Positions 27,344 through 31,539 of a stretch of 31,539 bases of DNA are shown here, one piece after another. Under the pieces are notes generated by a model, which did no database searches, was not told the origin of the DNA, and was given only the letters and a program-made list of their open reading frames with translations. Source of the DNA: Candidatus Sumerlaeia bacterium (GTDB lineage Bacteria; Sumerlaeota; Sumerlaeia; SLMS01); contig JBBQYG010000029.1 of the NCBI GenBank assembly GCA_038208905.1, positions 1 through 31,539 on the forward strand. Direction: 5' to 3'. The position numbers were made by a program, and so were the translations under genes. Numbering within the stretch: position 1 is the stretch's first letter; the number at the start of each line of letters is the position of its first letter.

Positions 27344-27760
27344 TCAAGGGTTGGGTGATTCGGGGGGATGGAGGTACACCGGAGCCGTTGGCGCAATCGG
27401 CACTGGCGGCCCCGCTGGCCCCGCTTGAGGCTCCTTCCAGATATACAGATACCAATAGATCGGCATGGCAATGGCACTCCCCAGGAAGATTACCACGGCC
27501 CAGAGGGCCTTCTTGTCCTGAGGGAGGCGGTCGGTGGTGAACACGTGGTAGATATAGTACGCGAGAAGGCAAAGGCCCTCGACCATGGTAAAACAGTGGA
27601 GAAGGAAGACGACGGCGAACAGGATGGTAATTGCAATCGACACGACGCCGGCCGGACCCGCCATCGGGAGTGGCGCTGGAGGAGGGCCCCCCGTCGTTGC
27701 GCCCGCGAACATCACCATCGAAACAAACATGATCAGCGAGACGACCATAAACAGCAACAT
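27344..27760 (-). CDS. Small membrane protein with PLDc N-terminal-like motif; true start probably near 27818
   Basis: Three TM segments. KKALWAVVIFLG..IAMPIYWYLYIW matches the PLDc_N pattern. The frame stays open and protein-like upstream (TRNQKLLLGAATFWPIVY) but has no canonical start there. Confidence 0.7.
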   Translation of the reverse strand: MLLFMVVSLIMFVSMVMFAGATTGGPPPAPLPMAGPAGVVSIAITILFAVVFLLHCFTMVEGLCLLAYYIYHVFTTDRLPQDKKALWAVVIFLGSAIAMPIYWYLYIWKEPQAGPAGPPVPIAPTAPVYLHPPESPNP

Positions 27761-27827
27761 ATAGACAATCGGCCAGAAGGTCGCGGCGCCGAGGAGGAGC
27801 TTCTGATTTCGGGTCGATGGGAAACGA

Positions 27828-28355
27828 TCAATCTGTATTCGATGCTCCCGGACCCAGCGCGGCCTCGTACTTCCCCAGCTGCTTGCAGATGTCCGCCATT
27901 ACCAGGTCGTCCGCGTTCGCGACTCCCGTCGGGTCATAGTCTGCCGTGACGCCGATGACGTAGGGAAAATTCTCCAAGCGGTGATAGGCAGTAATGGATT
28001 TCGAGGTCTTCGGTGGGAAAGGGCCCAAGAACATGTACGTTAGCGAGCGCGTCTCATTTCCTGCGATGAAGGTTTTTGGAATCCACATTTCGTTGTCCGG
28101 GATTTGGGCGGTTTGATCGTGCTGGATGTAGAGGAAGTACCTCACCCCGCCCTCGCTCGTCAGCGAAGCGTAAACGGGCATCGTCCCTCGTAGTCCATTC
28201 GCATCGATCAGCCAGTTCTTGCCATAGGCCACATCGGAGCCAACCTCGCCCAATGTCTGGCGCAGATGCAGGCGTTCGAGGATGCCCGCGTTTCGCAGCC
28301 CGAAGTAGATCGCCACGACTGCACACAGGAGGATCACCATCGCGCCGACGCTCAC
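27828..28355 (-). CDS. Hypothetical protein with N-terminal membrane anchor (175 aa)
   Basis: Hydrophobic N-terminus and globular-looking remainder. Starts 5 bp after the upstream stop. No family recognised. Confidence 0.6.
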   Translation of the reverse strand: MSVGAMVILLCAVVAIYFGLRNAGILERLHLRQTLGEVGSDVAYGKNWLIDANGLRGTMPVYASLTSEGGVRYFLYIQHDQTAQIPDNEMWIPKTFIAGNETRSLTYMFLGPFPPKTSKSITAYHRLENFPYVIGVTADYDPTGVANADDLVMADICKQLGKYEAALGPGASNTD

Positions 28356-28360
28356 GGCCG

Positions 28361-28972
28361 TCAGCTTTCCTCGTCGTTCCGATTGAATTGGATCCTTGAC
28401 CCTCCCTGTGGCAAATGCCCCGTCACCCGCTTCTCCAGCAACTCCACCAACTCGGGCGCCATGAATTCATAATCGTCGGGAATATCAAGCGAGATCACGC
28501 GTTTGTCCTTTAGCCACGGGCTGAAACCCTTGCTAGGTCTGCGGCGGTGGCGCTCCTCCATCACGAAGACGAGATCGGCCCATTCGAGAAGATCGGACGT
28601 GAGGGGATTCTCCGCGTCGGGGTTCAGTCCCGCCGAGGCGACGGCGATGCCGGGCGTTTTGGCAAAGAGCTGCTCCACGGTGGCTTGCGCGCTGATCATC
28701 CGGTCAAAAGGGTCCCTGTGGTGATGAGGCAGATCGATCACGGCATTCATGTGCTCAATGCTGGGATGGAGAAGGCTCACCCTCCCGCTCGCCACGTATT
28801 CTCGAATGAACTGGCCGAACGGAACCCGTAGCGCGAGCTTTCCAATCCCGATTTTGATCGCGACCTCCCAAGCGCTGGCGCCGCTCAGCAGGCAGGAGTT
28901 GCCCGAATCATGGATAATTGCTTTGATTGACGGAGGCACCAGCTTGGGCTGGGTATCCAGCAACGCCCTCAT
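28361..28972 (-). CDS. In-frame chimera of a truncated VapC/PIN toxin and an N-terminally truncated low-molecular-weight protein tyrosine phosphatase-like protein; possibly a pseudogene
   Basis: Residues 1-102: LLDT, SGASAWEVAIK..IGKL and LPHHHRDPFDRMISAQA (PIN). Remainder: VASAGLNPDAENPL..DLLEWADLVFVME...LDIPDDYEFM.PELV.LLE (LMW-PTP-like) with no CxxxxxR loop. Confidence 0.8.
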   Translation of the reverse strand: MRALLDTQPKLVPPSIKAIIHDSGNSCLLSGASAWEVAIKIGIGKLALRVPFGQFIREYVASGRVSLLHPSIEHMNAVIDLPHHHRDPFDRMISAQATVEQLFAKTPGIAVASAGLNPDAENPLTSDLLEWADLVFVMEERHRRRPSKGFSPWLKDKRVISLDIPDDYEFMAPELVELLEKRVTGHLPQGGSRIQFNRNDEES

Positions 28973-29181
28973 TGCACATATTCCTCAAACCCCGGCGGCG
29001 TCTCATTGAAGTCCTCGGCCACCCAATCCACCAGATGAAGGCTCCACTCCTCGTCGGTGAGAACGGGCGACTCGTTCGTGGCACCGACGGCGACATCGAC
29101 GGTGACGTTGGTCTGCTCTGGAAGCACCACGGGTTCCGTGGGGCGGAACACTCCATTTTCGTAGATTGCACGAATTGTCAT
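28969..29181 (-). CDS. Antitoxin (AF2212/DUF104-like N-terminus, DUF2281-like C-terminus)
   Basis: MTIRAIYENGVFRPTEPVVLPE and acidic tail AEDFNETPPGFEEY. The stop overlaps the PIN start (ATGA). Confidence 0.82.
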   Translation of the reverse strand: MTIRAIYENGVFRPTEPVVLPEQTNVTVDVAVGATNESPVLTDEEWSLHLVDWVAEDFNETPPGFEEYVQ

Positions 29182-29254
29182 GACGCGGTCACCTCAAGTT
29201 CAGGGTCGGGGATTCGCGCGCCTCGTTCAACTGGGAACGAATTGCTCGAATCGT

Positions 29255-30427
29255 TCAACCGCCCCTTGCCGCGTGCTTCACCGGCGCCGTTGCAATCGTC
29301 ATCGCATGGAGAAAAGCCATGTCCATGTCGGGGCAGACGTCGCTGGCCTCCAGGGCGCCATCGGCGGCGTCGCGGAGCTGGGCGAATTCGGCCTCGTCCA
29401 GCCCGGCGAGAATCAGGCGACGGCCCTGGGACCTCATGAGCGCGAGCACCGCGCGGAGGTCCATCGCCGCGTTGCGGTCGAGCCGGGCCTCGTGGCCGAG
29501 GTCGAGGATCACTACGCGCACGTCGCGGGGCAGGCGCCCGGCCCAGGCGATCAGGTTGGGCATCTGGTGGAACTTGCCGCGGCGGCGGCGGTCCTTGTGG
29601 ACGTGATAGATGGCAAGGTTGGCCGGCAGCTCGAAATCGTCGCCCGCCGCCATCAGGTCCGACGCTTCGATTTCCGCAATCGGACGCAGGATATCCATCG
29701 CGATGATCCACCCGAGAAAGAGCACCGGGGGAATCATCGACCAGTGGGGAAAGTGCTGCTGGATAAGCGTCCCCAGGCCCGCCCCCAGCGCAAACGAACC
29801 GACGATGGCGAGCAGCAGCGCCAACCGGCGAGAGGTTGGATGGTGCGTCACGCTGCGGATGATCGACCGCTTGGATCGCGGCCCCGTCCCCGAGCGGCGA
29901 TCCCACGCCCAGAAGGCAAACTGCGCGCTCTCCAGCCCAAGATCGGTGAGGACTCCTGTCACGTGGGTCGTGCGGATGACTCCGTTGCTGATGCTCGTGA
30001 TCGTTGCGTTCTGTAGCCCCATCGCCATCGAGGCCAGTCCCGCCAGGAATTGAATATCCGTCGCCCAGCCACCCGCCTTGCGGCCGTTCATCTCCAGCCC
30101 GATGGCAAACATCAGCAGAAGGAACGCCTCGATCGCGATCGGCAGCACGTAAATCGATTCCCACGCGCGGCGGCGGCCGACCTCGGTCGTGGTTCCCGCG
30201 ATCGCCGCCCCCACATAGAACGCCGCCAGCAGCAACGCGGCAAACCCCGCCAGCCCCCACGCCCCTTCCGCGATGTCCCGCCCCAGGTTGGAGGTCGTCC
30301 CCGACACATGCGACGTGACCGTCCCACACGCCAGAATCGTCACGATGTTGGTGTACCCGGCGATCCACGCCAGCGTGATCGCGAGGCGTGCCTGCTGGGC
30401 AAAGGAATGTGCCTGTGCAACAAGCAT
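29255..30427 (-). CDS. YoaK/DUF1275 family membrane protein with C-terminal STAS-like domain (390 aa)
   Basis: LAWIAGYTN, TSHVSGTTS, AMGLQNA and IRTTHVTGVLTDLG (DUF1275). C-terminal VVILDL...LD..AAMDL......RSQGRRLILAGL (STAS-like). Start set at ATG 30427. Confidence 0.85.
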   Translation of the reverse strand: MLVAQAHSFAQQARLAITLAWIAGYTNIVTILACGTVTSHVSGTTSNLGRDIAEGAWGLAGFAALLLAAFYVGAAIAGTTTEVGRRRAWESIYVLPIAIEAFLLLMFAIGLEMNGRKAGGWATDIQFLAGLASMAMGLQNATITSISNGVIRTTHVTGVLTDLGLESAQFAFWAWDRRSGTGPRSKRSIIRSVTHHPTSRRLALLLAIVGSFALGAGLGTLIQQHFPHWSMIPPVLFLGWIIAMDILRPIAEIEASDLMAAGDDFELPANLAIYHVHKDRRRRGKFHQMPNLIAWAGRLPRDVRVVILDLGHEARLDRNAAMDLRAVLALMRSQGRRLILAGLDEAEFAQLRDAADGALEASDVCPDMDMAFLHAMTIATAPVKHAARGG

Positions 30428-30734
30428 CGCGCGCCACAGCCCCAATAATTCCCCGCGGCCAAGGTGGGCCGCGGTGGAGTGAATAAGTCAGGGGATACGG
30501 GGAGGCACGCGGTCAATGGGCAGTCATGGGAACGCCATTCTCCCGAATGGCGGCGGCCCCCGTGGCGTGCTGGCAATACCGATGGCGCATCCCCCCGCGG
30601 CTGATCGGGAGATCGGCCTTCCCCGCCCAATCCCCTTGCACACCCTGCCCGCCGGTGGTTCCTTCCCGCTCCCTGCCGTGGGGCTGTTTTTCGCCCGTGC
30701 AGGGCCAGATTCCCCAAGGTATGCGTCAAACTCC

Positions 30735-31539
30735 ATGAAGAAGAGCTACATCTTTTCGCCTGGCCCCACAGAGGTTCCCGCGGAGGTGCTCCTGGCGGGC
30801 GCCCGCCCGACGGTTCACCACCGCAGCGCCGATTTCCCCCCGATCTTCAAGCGTTGCCAGGAGAAGCTGCAGAAAATCTTCCGCACTCAGTCTCCCATCG
30901 CCATCCTTGCAAGCTCCGGCACCGGCGCCGTTGAGGCCGCCATGATTTCCACGACGGCCCCGGGCGAGAAGACCATCGTCTTCAACGGCGGCAAGTTCGG
31001 CGAGCGCTGGGTCAAGGTCGGCCAGGCCTATGGCATGAACGTGATCGAGCTGAAGTCCGACTGGGGCAAGGCGCTGGACATCGCGCTGCTCGAGGAGACC
31101 CTCGCCAAGAACCCCGATACGAAGAGCGTCGTCATCACCCAGACGGAGACCTCCACCGGAACGGTGTCGGACATCCGCCGCGTGGGCGAAGTGGTCAGCA
31201 AGACCAAGGCGCTCTCCATCGTCGATGCCGTATCCGCGTTCGCCGCCGAGGAGCTTCCCCAGGACGACTGGAAGATCGACTTGGTCTGCACCGGCTCCCA
31301 GAAGGCGATGATGCTGCCCCCGGGGCTTGGCTTCGCGTCGGTCAGCGCCAAGGCTCAGGAAGTCATGAAGGCCAAGGGCTCGCCCTGCTTCTACCTCGAT
31401 CTGCGCCGCTACCTGAAGGCCATCACCAGTGGCGACGACACGCCGTTCACCCCGGCGGTGAACCTGTTCTATTCGCTGGAGAAGGCGTGCGACATGCTGC
31501 TGGAGGAGGGCATGGAGAACAACTGGGCGCGCCACACGG
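30735..31539 (+). CDS. Class V PLP-dependent aminotransferase (alanine/serine-glyoxylate aminotransferase family), truncated by window end
   Basis: Absent from the ORF track because it has no stop; translated by hand. MKKSYIFSPGPTEVP, HHRS, SSGTGAVEAA, GKFGERW, ETSTG, VDAVS and PLP lysine motif TGSQKAMMLPPGLGF. Confidence 0.92.
   Translation, partial: MKKSYIFSPGPTEVPAEVLLAGARPTVHHRSADFPPIFKRCQEKLQKIFRTQSPIAILASSGTGAVEAAMISTTAPGEKTIVFNGGKFGERWVKVGQAYGMNVIELKSDWGKALDIALLEETLAKNPDTKSVVITQTETSTGTVSDIRRVGEVVSKTKALSIVDAVSAFAAEELPQDDWKIDLVCTGSQKAMMLPPGLGFASVSAKAQEVMKAKGSPCFYLDLRRYLKAITSGDDTPFTPAVNLFYSLEKACDMLLEEGMENNWARHT

Overview
GC-rich bacterial chromosomal window with about 24 protein-coding genes, mostly on the minus strand. 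I saw no rRNA, tRNA, CRISPR array, integrase or transposase. Housekeeping anchors: amtB (no adjacent glnK), ftsY, alaS and a class V PLP aminotransferase cut by the window end. Signalling genes: a 1408-aa TPR/helical-repeat protein with a C-terminal Hanks Ser/Thr kinase, and a REC-HD-GYP gene with a cytoplasmic PAS-PAS hybrid kinase (REC, HPt). Envelope/carbohydrate genes: a UDP-sugar dehydrogenase divergent from a radical SAM plus class I glutamine amidotransferase pair (sigma54-like motifs lie between them), a secreted GH-A-like hydrolase, a DOMON-like protein, a DUF2092/DUF6515-like pair and a lipoprotein metallophosphoesterase. Accessory genes: tandem Uma2 nucleases, a NERD protein, a YoaK-STAS fusion and an antitoxin plus an in-frame PIN/LMW-phosphatase chimera. 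The best candidate for an undescribed system is a short C-terminal tag (V-x-x-W-x-L/M-stop-proximal) on two unrelated signal-peptide-bearing carbohydrate-related proteins, which may be a lineage-specific sorting signal. From memory similar tails occur in Sumerlaeota/BRC1-type genomes; I could not verify this. All family calls come from reading motifs by eye, not from database searches.
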